Assembly (NCBI GenBank): GCA_964234715.1
Contig: OZ174275.1
Origin: Podarcis melisellensis
Taxonomy: Eukaryota
Direction: 5' to 3' (one strand)
DNA length: 64,000 nucleotides
Each line of letters begins with the position of its first letter. The first letter of the stretch is position 1. Of the stretch, positions 36,942 to 48,225 are shown one piece after another. The position numbers were made by a program, and so were the translations under genes. Under the pieces are notes generated by a model that was not told where the DNA came from, did no database searches, and saw only the letters and a program-made list of their open reading frames with translations.

Positions 36942-38083
36942 TTCCTCCTGCACTGTGGTGGAAAACAACAACACTGTATTATGTGGATCTCTCACCTCTT
37001 CCCATTGTATTATCAGGACTCCCCTTTTCATTTATTAATTACTACTACTACTACTACTACTACTATTAGAAACTGGAGGAGGAAAACCTATTGCTCCTTG
37101 GACTTCTATCAGCCCCAGCCAGTGTGCCAAGTGGTGAGGTGATTATGGTGACTGGAGATTTGGAGGGCCACAAGTTGTGCACATCCCTGTTGCAAACAAT
37201 GCAAGCTGCATGATTTTAGAGCTGCATTTGCGGGGTGGTTTTAATACTAGTGTGTAAGAGAAGTATTTGTGCTTGTGTAAAAAGAAAGAAAGTGGCACCA
37301 GCAGCAGTTTTGGGGAAAACGTTGAAATGTTAAAGCTGAGGGGTTAGTTTCACCTCAAAGTACCTTTCTAGTACATGCAACAGACTCATTCTGCTTTCCA
37401 TGCTAGGACAGCTATGTGCATTTGAACTGCTTAATAGGTATATGCAGTGTGATGTCCTCCCTGGTATTTGAACAACAGCACAGTCTTTTGTTTAAGGGCC
37501 CAACTAGATGTGATACTAAAGGTATCACTATGTTTCAGGCATTATTTTTAAAGGCAAAATTGCAGCTGCAGAGCTAAGAGAGGAGGAGAGGAAGGTGAAG
37601 ACCACAGTGTGTGGAGTTACCCCTTTCTTCCAACAATGTAGTCTTTGACAAGCTTCCCACCCCTCCCAATGAAACTGCTATTAGCCCTGCTGGAGGATGA
37701 CTAATATGTTGGAGAAAATTCCATTGCCCTTCTTCAAAGGATCTCTTTCTTATGCCTGTTTATGAAGAAAACATTTTCACTCATAAACCATTTGCTTGGT
37801 TAACTCAAAATTAGCCCTGGGCTACTTCTTTTTTTGGAGTTAGTTTTAGACAAGGGTTCAGCATCATGAATCATGCTTTCAGTATCAGTGGCTGCTACTA
37901 AACAAATATTTAAAAAATGGTTTGTTTCAATGACTCTTTGGGGAGAGTGTAAAAATGATCTGATAGATAGCTGCTGGATTCCTAGAGAGGGAAGCCATGA
38001 CAGAGAAAGAAGTTTGCATTTGTATCCTCATGGAGAATTACCCTCCTGTGTTTATAATCTGGTTGACCTGGCACATCTTAGCC

Positions 38084-38578
38084 CAGGGGTCTGCAACCTT
38101 TAAGACAAAAAGAGCCACTTGGACCCGTTTCCGAAGAAAAAAAAACCTGGGAGCCGCAAAACTCGTCATTATAAAAATAATTTTTTTGTCACTGTTTTAT
38201 TATTTCTTTGTTTGACCCCTCAGAATTACCCCTCCTCATAGAAATAAATGTTAAATTAACAAGTTACCTTTTTTGTGTGTGTGTGTTCTTCACTCCCCTT
38301 CAAAACAGTGACCAGAGTACATGCCCCCTTTCAATGCAGTGACCAGCGTACATGCCCCTTACAATGTAGCGGGCGGGCGGGAAGGTGACGTTGGGATGGT
38401 GCGTGACTAACGCACGCACCGCCCCCATGCGATGTCACAGCCAGTACAGCGCCCACCACAGTAGGGAGTGTCGGGGCGCACAATGCGCCTCCCCCCCTCG
38501 CTAGTATCCACCCCGGAGCCGTGGCAAAGGTGTAAAAGAGCCACATGCGGCTCCGGAGCCGTGGGTTGCAGACCCCTG
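38084..38578. mobile_element. Non-autonomous hAT (Charlie-like) element, 495 bp
   Basis: Perfect 15-bp TIR caggggtctgcaacc/ggttgcagacccctg. Perfect 8-bp TSD tcttagcc at 38076-38083 and 38579-38586. Confidence 0.93.
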
Positions 38579-39039
38579 TCTTAGCCGAATGGGAAGAGCA
38601 GAGAGGAAGGAGAGGCCAGAAGGGTGAAAAGATCTTTCCCTTTTCTTCTCATCTGACTTGGCAGGTCAGGGCGAAGAATGAAAGGATCCCTGGAACAGGC
38701 AATGGATGTATGTGGACACATTGCAAGCCTGTAGTTTAGGAAGTGCAATCTGGCCAAAGCCTAATTTGAAAACTAAAATCTAGAAATACTTTTTAACCTA
38801 CCCATCCTCTTATGACCTTCAAACACTTTTTCTTCTTGCAATTCTTGCCTCTGGTTTGTCCTGTGCATCAAGTTGAACCTCCACTATTTACTCCACTCAC
38901 TACCACAGGAGCAGCTTTCAGTGATGAGATGAAAAGATGGCTGAATATCATTATGATGCCTACAAATTCTTATGTATCGCAGAACTGCTTGTTGTGTGCA
39001 ACTTAGTATTTCTGAAACTGCTGTTCAGAAGGAACTTCC

Positions 39040-39120
39040 TATTCTGAGAGTTTGAAACTGGGGATTTTGTCCTCCGGAAGGATCAGATATCAGGTGGGAA
39101 TTGCAATTATCTTAATGGCT
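39040..39120 (-). promoter_or_regulatory. Putative promoter of OR B
   Basis: Plus-strand ctggggattttg at 39058, then tatcaggtgg and tgcaatta (TAATTG at 39104-39109), mirroring 17866-17915. Confidence 0.5.
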
Positions 39121-39879
39121 CTCTGTAGGAGAAGTCAATTCCACTGCAAATGTCCCTACAAAGCAAAAACAATACATTCTAAGCACACAGTGCCAGCACA
39201 AATAGTGTAAAAAGCAGATCTAGACTACAATCCAGTAGAGAGTATAGTACACTTAAGCCCACTGATATAATAAGAATGTAAGACATCTGTGCTGGATCAG
39301 ACCAAAGGTCTACTCAGTCCAGCATCCTGTTCTCACAGTGGCCAACCAGAGGGCTATGGAAAGCCCACAAGCAAGACATGAGTCTATAGCCATTTCTCTA
39401 CTTGTGTAAGGGTGACTTCTATTGCTGGATTATGGTGCTGCAACCTAGGCTTCCAGATACAGGTCCATTTCACTGTATGGGACAGAGTCATCCAGTGGCT
39501 GTAGCATCTGCCACTCTCCATAGCTGTTATCCCCTGAAGATGTTCTATACCCTGCAGGAGCAAAAACCCAGATTCCCTTTACCTCCTTGGAAAAATAGTT
39601 GGGGTAAATTTTTATCAGAAAAACTGTCAGAGGTGAAAGGGTTAGGCAAGTCCCACCCCCCAAAGTTGCCTTCCACTGCCCTCTGAATCCTCTGCATCTG
39701 TATTTGATTATCAAAGAAAATATGGGAAGAAACTTAAGTTAGATTAAAATTTAATGTATATGCCAACTTTTCCACAATAAAGGCACAAAACAGAAACCAC
39801 AATACGTTACACATAATGTAAACATCAATGAGCATTTCGTCATAACATATCAGCAATTTCATTTCCCATATATAATGAG

Positions 39880-40430
39880 TTAAAGAAAATGTTTAAAAAC
39901 ACTTTTGTTAAAAGACCAGAAGGCTTTACTGGGTATAGTAGGCGAAGAGATACCAGAAAAAGATTAAAGACTGTTCATGTATGCAACAACAGCAGCAAGA
40001 ATCCTTTTAGCCCCCAAATGTAAACAACAAGTACCAACGAAAGAAGAGTGGCAGATGAAAATGATGGACTTTGCGGAACTGATGAAGCTGATGGGAAAAA
40101 TCCGAAACCAGCATGATCAAGTATTCCAAAAAGACTGGAGTAAATTTATAGAATATTTGAAAGCAATTAACAACACTAGTAGGGTTGCCTGAAGACTTGT
40201 ACTGATTTTTTTTTTTTACCTTTCTGCATTTATTTAAACTTTGAGGTATTTTGTAATGAATTATGTTAGAATTGGAAAATATATAAAGTGCTGTGATATA
40301 AAGGTTACTTTTGAAAGCCAAGAGGTGGGAGGGAAGGAAGTCAACAGGCTCTAAAGAGCCAAAGAAGGAAAATGGATTGCAATGATGTGATTACATATGT
40401 TTAAATGGAAAATTAATTAAAAATATATTT
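39880..40430 (+). mobile_element. L1-clade LINE 3' fragment
   Basis: Peptide ...MYATTAARILLA..VPTKEEWQMKMMDFAELMKL..QKDWSKFIEYLK* resembles squamate L1 ORF2 C-termini, followed by an AT-rich 3' UTR. Confidence 0.65.
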
Positions 40431-41549
40431 TTAAAAAAACACATACCAGCAATTTCAATAGCAATTACTTTCAAAACATGGTGCATTTCAACAGCAATGT
40501 GTAGATAAAGCAATCAATCCCCAAACTCAGCAAACATTAAAATGTTCACATTCAAAAGTGCCCTCAACAAAATCAGCCCAATCATGGAAATTTCTTGGCC
40601 AATTGGTTTGTTAACCCCTCTCACAATTACATTGACTCTCCCCATCTCTCACCTGCATGAGACCCTGGAGAGACCCTTTCTGCTAAAGCAGATAGTCTTG
40701 GACCATTTGGAGAAATATTCTGGTCAGCTGCCTACATTCCTGTTGTGTAGAATATGGATGCTATCTTGAGTTCTACTGATGAGGTGGTATGAAAGAACAG
40801 GAACATGAAATTTAAAGTTGTTCACAAGCAGTTCCTTGAAACTACTAGACCAAGTTAGTCACAAGGAGCTCAAAACCCATTGCGATGGGACCAAGTTGTG
40901 ACAAACTTTAGCAGAACTGGGGGTTTCATATAAACCATGGATGGGGAACTAGATCGAGTCAGCAGGTTGGATCCCTCACCCCCTTTACCCTGTGGACCCA
41001 GATGGCTGGATTGTTAGGTGACTGGCATCTGTTAATGTTCAAAGGAGGTTACTGTAACTGCCAATCTGCTCTAAACATTAGTGAAGTTTCCTCCTAGACC
41101 TCATTGTGCTATACATTTAAAGCAGTACCATACCACTTTTACAAGTCATGGCTTCCGCAAAAAAATCCTGGAAACTGCAGTTTGTTAAGGATGCTTAGAG
41201 TTCTTAGGAGACCCCCTATTCCTCTCTCAGAGCTATGATCAAAGTTCCATGGGAAGAAGGATAGATTGTTAAACTACTCTGCTATGGTTTGGGGCAGCAG
41301 ACTGGGGCCTTTAGCCCAGAAACCAAAGGTAGACCTCTAATTCTTTCAGTCTGGCTCCTGAGACTCTTTCCAGGATGCACCTTTTCTCCCCTGGGCTTTA
41401 CCCTGTTCTACATGTGCTCTTCTCAAATGCTTTTGTCTTGGTGGAATGCATCCTTGAAGTATGATAATGCCTCTTGCTTGCCTGGATAATGTCTAGAGAG
41501 ATATGCACGGTGGTGTAGAAATCTCTGACTTTTGCATGGCTGGATATAT

Positions 41550-44500
41550 GTTGTTGTTGTTGTTGTTTAGTCATTTAGTCGTGTCCGACTCTTCGTGACC
41601 CCATGGACCAGAGAACGCCAGGCACCTCTGTCCTCCACTGCCTCCCGCAGTTTGGTCAAACTCATGCTGGTAACCTCGAAAACACTATCCAACCATCTCG
41701 TCCTCTGTCGCCCCCTTCTCCTTGTGCCCTCCATCTTTCCCAACATCAGGGTCTTCTCCAGGGAGAAGAGGTGGCCAAAGTACTGGAGCCTCAGCTTCAC
41801 AATCTGTCCTTCCAGTGAGCACTCAGGGTTGATTTCCTTCAGTATGGAGAGGTTTGATCTTCTTGCAGTCCATGGGACTCTCAAGAGTCTCCTCCAGCAC
41901 CATAATTCAAAAGCATCAATTCTTCGGCGATCAGCCTTCTTTATGGTCCAGCTCTCACTTCCATACATCACTACTGGGAAAACCATAGCTTTAACTATAC
42001 GAACCTTTGTTGGCAAGGTGATGTCTCTACTTCTCAAGATGCTGTCTAGGCCTGTCATTGCCCTTCTCCCAAGAAGCAGGCGTCTTTTAATTTCGTGGCT
42101 GCTGTCACCATCTGCAGTGATCATTGAGCCCAAGAAAGTAAAATCTCTCACTACCTCCATTTCTTCCCCTTCTATTTGCCAGGAGGTGATGGGACCAGTG
42201 GCCATGATCTTCGTTTTTTTGATGTTGAGCTTCAGACCATATTTTGCGCTCTCCTCTTTCACCCTCATTAAAAGGTTCTTTAATTCCTCCTCACTTTCTG
42301 CCATCAAGGTTGTGTCATCTGCATATCTGAGGTTGTTGATATTTCTTCCGGCAATCTTAATTCCGGCTAGGGATTCATCCAGCCCAGCCTTTCGCATGAT
42401 AAATTCTGCATATAAGTTAAATAAGCAGGGAGACAAAATACAGCCTTGTCGTACTCCTTTCCCAATTTTGAACCAATCAGTTGTTCCATATCCAGTTCTA
42501 ACTGTAGCTTCTTGTCCCACATAGAGATTTCTTAGGAGACAGATGAGGTGATCTGGCACTCCCATTTCTTTAAGAACTTGCCATAGTTTGCCGTGGTCGA
42601 CACAGTCAAAGGCTTTTGCATAATCAATGAAGCAGAAGTAGATGTCTTTCTGGAACTCTCTAGCTTTCTCCATAATCCAGCGCATGTTTGCAATTTGGTC
42701 TCTGGTTCCTCTGCCTCTTCTAAATCCAGCTTGCACTTCTGGGAGTTCTCGGTCCACATACTGCTTGAGCCTTCCTTGTAGAATTTTAAGCATAACCTTG
42801 CTAGCGTGTGAAATGAGTGCAATTGTGCGGTAGTTGGAGCATTCTTTGGCACTGCCCTTCTTTGGGATTGGGATGTAGACTGATCTTCTCCAATCTTCTG
42901 GCCACTGCTGAGTTTTCCAAACTTGCTGGCATATTGAGTGTAGCACCTTAACAGCATCATCTTTTAAACTTTTAAATAGTTCAGCTGGAATACCATCACT
43001 TCCACTGGCCTTGTTATTTGCAGTGCTTTCTAAGGCCCATTTGACTTCACTTTCCAGGATGTCTGGCTCAAGGTCAGCAACCACACTACCTGGGGTATAC
43101 GAGACATCCATTTCTTTCTGGTATAATTCCTCTGTGTATTCTTGCCACCTCTTCTTGATGTCTTCTGCTTCTGTTAGGTCCTTTCCACTTTTGTCCTTTA
43201 TTATGGAAATCTTTGTACGAAATGTTCCTTTCATATCTCCAATTTTCTTGAACAGATCTCTGGTTCTTCCCATTCTATTGCTTTCCTCTATTTCTTTGCA
43301 TTGCTCGTTTAAGAAGGTCTTCTTGTCTCTCCTTGCTATTCTTTGGAAATCTGCATTCAATTTCCTGTATCTTTCACCATCTCCCTCGCATTTTGCTTGC
43401 CTCATCTCCCCCGCTATTTGTAAGGCCTCATTGGACAGCCACTTGGCTTTCTTGCATTTCCTTTTCATTGGGATGGTTTTCGTTGCTGCCTCCTGTATAA
43501 TGTTACGAGCCTCCATCCATAGTTCTTCAGGCATTCTGTCCACCAAATCTAAATCCTTAAACCTGTTCCTCACTTCCACTGTGTATTCATAAGGGATTTG
43601 ACTTAGATTGTATCTTACCGGCCCAGTGGTTTTTCCTACTTTCTTCAGTTTAAGCTTGAATTTTGCTATAAGAAGCTGATGATCTGAGCCACAGTCAGCT
43701 CCAGGTCTTGTTTTTGCTGACTGTATAGAGCTTCTCCATCTTTGGCTGCAGAGAATATAATCAATCTGATTTCGATGCTGCCCATCTGGTGATGTCCATG
43801 TGTAGAGTCGTCTCTTGTGTTGTTGGAAAAGCGTGTTTGTGATGACCAACTTGTTCTCTTGGCAGAACTCTATTAGCCTTTGCCCTGCTTCGTTTTGATC
43901 TCCAAGGCCAAACTTGCCAGTTGTTCCTTTTATCTCTTGACTCCCTACTTTAGCATTCCAATCCCCTATAATGAGAAGAACATCCTTTTTTGGTGTCACT
44001 TCTATAAGGTCTTGTAAGTCTTCATAGAATTGGTCAATTTCAGTTTCTTCAGCACAAGTAGTTGGTGCATAAACTTGGATTACTGTGATGTTAAAAGGTC
44101 TGCCTTGGATTCGTATCGAGATCATTCTATCATTTTTGAGATTGCATCCCAGTATAGCTTTCGCCACTCTTTTGTTGACTATGAGGGCCACTCCATTTCT
44201 TTTACGGGTTTCTTGCCCACAGTAGTAGATATGATGGTCATCCGAACTGAATTCACCCATTCCCGTCCATTTTAGTTCACTGATGCCCAGGATGTCAATA
44301 TTTATTCTTGCCATCTCATTTTTGACCACCTCCAACTTACCCAGGTTCATGGTTCTTACATTCCAGGTTCCTATGCAATATTTTTCTTTACAGCATTGGA
44401 CTTTCCTTTCGCTTCCAGGCATATCCGCAACTGAGCGTCCTTTCGGCTTTGGCCCAGCCGCTTCATCAGCTCTGGATCTACTTGTACTTGCCCTCCGCTC

Positions 44501-44766
44501 TTCCCCAGTAGCATGTTGGACGCCTTCCGACCTGAGGGGCTCATCTTCCAGCGTCATATCTTTTATATGCCTGTTGTCTTTGTCCATGGAGTTTTCTTGG
44601 CAGGGATACTGGAGTGGCTTGCCGGTTCCTCCTCCAGGTGGATCACGTTTGGTCAAAACTCTCCACTATGACCTGTTCATCTTGGGTGCCCTGCTCGGCA
44701 TAGTTCATAGCTTCTCTGAGTTCTTCAAGCCCCTTCGCCACGGCAAGGCAGTGATCCATGAAGGGG
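41550..44766 (-). mobile_element. Full-length BovB (RTE-clade LINE), 3217 bp
   Basis: BovB-type 5' UTR (ttcatggatcactgccttg...), single long ORF, (caa)n tail. Perfect 12-bp TSD ggctggatatat at 41538-41549 and 44767-44778. Confidence 0.97.
41567..44587 (-). CDS. BovB ORF: APE endonuclease plus reverse transcriptase (1006 aa from the first ATG)
   Basis: APE motifs GTWNV, SELKW, YAPT, GDWNA, IDYI, SDH. RT motifs QAGFR, FIDYAKAFD, QGCILSP, YADD, FLG. No stops or frameshifts. Confidence 0.93.
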   Translation of the reverse strand: MDKDNRHIKDMTLEDEPLRSEGVQHATGEERRASTSRSRADEAAGPKPKGRSVADMPGSERKVQCCKEKYCIGTWNVRTMNLGKLEVVKNEMARINIDILGISELKWTGMGEFSSDDHHIYYCGQETRKRNGVALIVNKRVAKAILGCNLKNDRMISIRIQGRPFNITVIQVYAPTTCAEETEIDQFYEDLQDLIEVTPKKDVLLIIGDWNAKVGSQEIKGTTGKFGLGDQNEAGQRLIEFCQENKLVITNTLFQQHKRRLYTWTSPDGQHRNQIDYILCSQRWRSSIQSAKTRPGADCGSDHQLLIAKFKLKLKKVGKTTGPVRYNLSQIPYEYTVEVRNRFKDLDLVDRMPEELWMEARNIIQEAATKTIPMKRKCKKAKWLSNEALQIAGEMRQAKCEGDGERYRKLNADFQRIARRDKKTFLNEQCKEIEESNRMGRTRDLFKKIGDMKGTFRTKISIIKDKSGKDLTEAEDIKKRWQEYTEELYQKEMDVSYTPGSVVADLEPDILESEVKWALESTANNKASGSDGIPAELFKSLKDDAVKVLHSICQQVWKTQQWPEDWRRSVYIPIPKKGSAKECSNYRTIALISHASKVMLKILQGRLKQYVDRELPEVQAGFRRGRGTRDQIANMRWIMEKAREFQKDIYFCFIDYAKAFDCVDHGKLWQVLKEMGVPDHLICLLRNLYVGQEATVRTGYGTTDWFKIGKGVRQGCILSPCLFNLYAEFIMRKAGLDESLAGIKIAGRNINNLRYADDTTLMAESEEELKNLLMRVKEESAKYGLKLNIKKTKIMATGPITSWQIEGEEMEVVRDFTFLGSMITADGDSSHEIKRRLLLGRRAMTGLDSILRSRDITLPTKVRIVKAMVFPVVMYGSESWTIKKADRRRIDAFELWCWRRLLRVPWTARRSNLSILKEINPECSLEGQIVKLRLQYFGHLFSLEKTLMLGKMEGTRRRGRQRTRWLDSVFEVTSMSLTKLREAVEDRGAWRSLVHGVTKSRTRLND

Positions 44767-45486
44767 GGCTGGATATATACAGCTCACTATATAAAGGTCA
44801 TCCTGTCGACTTTTCCTTTAAGCCCTGCCCACCATTGGCAGATGGACCCCAGAATGTTGCCCACAGGGAAATGTAGCTGTTGAGCTGAAAAATGTTCCCC
44901 ACCCCTGATTTAGGAACACAAGCCAGCTTCCTAAACTGCCTTTTTCCTGAGGCGTCCTGGTTTCTAGCCAACAGTTTTTCATGAAGCTCTCAATGCCTTT
45001 CAAATTCTTTCAGTGCTACGTAAATCAATCGCCCCAAAGCTTGTTCTAATCTTAAATCACCACTTCTTGAATGTTTAAACCAGAGTTTAGCCCCATAACA
45101 TTATAACAGACTCATTTCCTCACCCTGATCTAACTATTAAGCACATGTAACATGCTACCTTCCTGCTATAAATTCTGGTTTATCTCTTATCTAATTGCAA
45201 GCCCTAGATGAGGAACCTTGAAAATCATTGTTTTAGCACCTCAAAACCTCCTGGGCTTTGTTTATATTCCTAAAAACCTTCCACTCTTCCTTTTACCTTA
45301 TAAATTTAATTGAAGAGAGTAACAGAATACATGTCATCAATTGAGTTATCTTAGCTCCAACTCTTGCCATATTCTGCCAGGCTGGCCTGGCCAATGGTCA
45401 GGGGTAATGGGAGCTGCAAACCAGCAACAATAGGAGGTCACAACGTTGGCTACCTCTGATTCATTCTTTCTTTTACATAACTGAAT

Positions 45487-45757
45487 CTATGCTCCCCCCC
45501 CATTCTGTAGAAAGCCCTTCCCCTTGATCAGCCGCCTCACAGCATCTTTCACCTCTTTGTTCCTCAAGCTGTAGATCAAAGGGTTCAGCATGGGGATCAC
45601 CATAGTGTAGAACACAAAGATCATCTTGTCCACATCAACTGATGAGCTGGAACCAGAACTGGGATGCACATATATGAAGAAGCATTTCCCATAAAAGATT
45701 GACACAACCGTGAGGTGTGTTGAGCAAGGAGAGAAAGCTTTGCGCCTGCCCTGTTTG
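45487..45757 (-). pseudogene. OR pseudogene fragment (TM6-TM7 and C-terminus only)
   Basis: [21 protein letters not shown]...[31 protein letters not shown]. Upstream sequence is not OR-like. Confidence 0.88.
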
Positions 45758-46194
45758 AAGCCATGGTGACTCCCTAAGGGAACTGATAACCTGACCTTCC
45801 TGGCTGTTTTTGAGCTGATTCTTCTTGCAAACCAGGGTGCTGCATGTGACAGGTAGAAACTGTACTGATAGTCAGGGGTAGTATTACAAGGGACTGACTG
45901 GAAACCATGCAAGCAGGAAATGATCCCACACAGATGAACCAGGTGAAAAGTCTAGGCAAGTACATCTCATACTGGAAAGCTACAAGTGGCAGGATTGGGT
46001 AAGAATCTCTTCATAATCTGATGCCACAGGGTGCTAACCACTGTATCTTGTACTTTTCTTCCCACAAGAGGACGGCTAACCTAGCCTAGCATCTCTATAA
46101 CACCCCATAGGCCCTTCTGCAGATTCCTCAAGAACATATCACAGAGTTCAAGGGAAGCAGGCACTTCATCATGTATGAAGAGGTGAGGCAGTGA

Positions 46195-46550
46195 GTTTAT
46201 TTATTTAATTCATGAATTTATAGGCCACACATTCATAAAACAACATAACAAGGTGGAATACAACATGTAAAAGCAAGGTTAACAAAGATATCCATTTAAA
46301 AGCATTATTTAAAACATCAATAAATACTGATTGGATTATAAAGGAAATTAATGTTGCAAAGGGCAGGCCCAACAAGGAAGACTTCAAGAGACATCTGAAT
46401 GAAGGGAGGGAGGATCTCCGTTGAATCTCTGCAGGCAAGTAATACCATGGGTCAGGGCCTTCCACACTAAAATCTCTATCCCTAGTGGTGACCAACCAGA
46501 CCTCAGGGATATGGGGAACCAACAGAAGTTCTCAACTGGAGGATCTTAGC
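46195..46550 (-). mobile_element. L2 LINE 3' fragment
   Basis: Minus-strand peptide ..RDFSVEGPDPWYYLPAEIQ..SLPSFRCLLKS resembles the L2 ORF2 end (RAFSVAAPxLWNSLP), with a (taaa)n tail. Confidence 0.55.
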
Positions 46551-46662
46551 ACGTGCTGTTTTGATGACAATGATGTCATGCTAGCCCTGCCAAAGACTTG
46601 CATGTAAGAGGAGCACCGATCTCACAATTATCACCCACCTGGAAGCACCCAAAGTGCATAAT

Positions 46663-47610
46663 TTATGCCTCAACAGAAATACCTTTCTTCCTCACAATCC
46701 TTTTCAGAGCCGCCTTCACCTCCTTGTTCCTCAGGCTGTAGATCAAAGGGTTCACCATGGGGATCACCACTGTATAAAAGACAGCAGCAACTTGGTCTTG
46801 GGCATCAGCATCACTTGAGGTGGGCTTCAGGTAGATGAAAAGGATGGTGGTATAGAACAAGGTGACAGCCATCATATGGGAGCCACAGGTAGATAAGGTT
46901 TTCTTGCGTCCCTCAGATGAGCTGATCCGACGGATGGTGATGAGGATGTAGATGTAAGAGATGAGGATGGTGAGGAATGAACAGAGACCTATCAGGGAAG
47001 AGATCACGAATAGCAGGATGTGGTTGAGCATTGTGTTGGAGCAAGCAAGCTTCAGTATTAAGGGTACATCACAAAAGAAGTGGTTAATGACATTAGAGCC
47101 ACAGAAAGGAAGACGGAAGGTGGTGTTTGTGTGTATCATGCCGTTGGCACACCCCGCCAGGTATGAAGCCAGTACAAGCCAAATGCAGACCTTCCTAGAC
47201 ATGACAACTGGGTAAAGCAACGGGTTGCAGATTGCTACATAGCGGTCATAGGCCATGGCTGCTAGCAAGAGACACTCTACAGTGGCAAAGACAGCATAGA
47301 AATAAAACTGGGCAGCACAGCCAGTGAACGAAATGGCTTTCTTCTCAGCCAAGAAATCTGCCAGCGTTTTGGGGACGATGACAGTGGAGTAACAGAGATC
47401 TGAGAAGGACAGGTTGCTGAGGAAGAAGTACATGGGTGTTTGAAGGTGGCGGTCAAGGTGAATCAGTGCTATCATCCCGAGATTTCCCAGAAGAGTGATC
47501 GCGTAGATGGTCAGAAACACTGCAAAGAGGGAAATACGGAGTACTGGGTTGTTTGTGAATCCCGCAAGAATGAATTCTGAAACTGTGGTTTGATTCCATT
47601 GGGCCATCAT
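46663..47610 (-). CDS. Olfactory receptor (OR5-like), 315 aa from MMAQWNQT
   Basis: Intact motifs [43 protein letters not shown]. Acceptor ttttacag| near 47626. Confidence 0.94.
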   Translation of the reverse strand: MMAQWNQTTVSEFILAGFTNNPVLRISLFAVFLTIYAITLLGNLGMIALIHLDRHLQTPMYFFLSNLSFSDLCYSTVIVPKTLADFLAEKKAISFTGCAAQFYFYAVFATVECLLLAAMAYDRYVAICNPLLYPVVMSRKVCIWLVLASYLAGCANGMIHTNTTFRLPFCGSNVINHFFCDVPLILKLACSNTMLNHILLFVISSLIGLCSFLTILISYIYILITIRRISSSEGRKKTLSTCGSHMMAVTLFYTTILFIYLKPTSSDADAQDQVAAVFYTVVIPMVNPLIYSLRNKEVKAALKRIVRKKGISVEA

Positions 47611-48075
47611 AACAGAACACAAAACCTGTAAAACAGTGGAGAGAAACAATGGTGATGTCTTAAACTTGGTTGAAAACTAACACTAACTTAACTATTGCTG
47701 CAACAGACCGTATCTGTCATCCTCCTAATCATCCCGTATGATGGAAAATGTGGGAAATGGATATGCAAATTTCGGGATTTTAAAAATGTATATATTCTTT
47801 ATTGAAAAATAAAAAGTAATGTGTATATAATGTATTTCTTGAGCATTTTACATCAGTTTAGATGAACATTGGATAAGTGATGCATAAATGTTGGCAGGTG
47901 CCTGTCATTTCCCTAGGCAGGAAACAACATGCTAAGCTTGTGTGTGCATTCATTTATTTATTTTACATCATTTGCATACCAGCCACTTAGCAATGTCCTC
48001 TGGATGGTTAACAATAAAAGTTAACAATGACCAACAAGAAACTCTAAAAGAAAACAGAATAAAACTACAGTACAA

Positions 48076-48225
48076 AAAATAACACAACTAACTAGAACTA
48101 GCAAGAGCAAAATATACCTTAACACAAAATAACACAACTAACTAGAACTAGCAAGAGCAAAATATACCTTAACACAAAATAACACAACTAACTAGAACTA
48201 GCAAGAGCAAAATATACCTTAACAC
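48076..48225. repeat. Perfect tandem repeat, 3 x 50 bp
   Basis: Unit aaaataacacaactaactagaactagcaagagcaaaatataccttaacac, three identical copies. Confidence 0.95.

Noticed and set aside
41595-44876. Long plus-strand ORFs (309, 193 and 197 aa) antisense to BovB, all in one frame
   Set aside because: This is the intrinsically stop-poor shadow frame of a long coding ORF, with no independent protein motifs.
29394-45757. The two 3'-only OR fragments as 5'-truncated retrocopies made by BovB
   Set aside because: No poly(A) or TSD, and they lie in cluster orientation. The 29.4 kb fragment fits the tandem duplication, so deletion or a breakpoint is simpler.
48076-48225. Possible CRISPR-like array
   Set aside because: No unique spacers, plain tandem repeat, vertebrate DNA, no cas genes.
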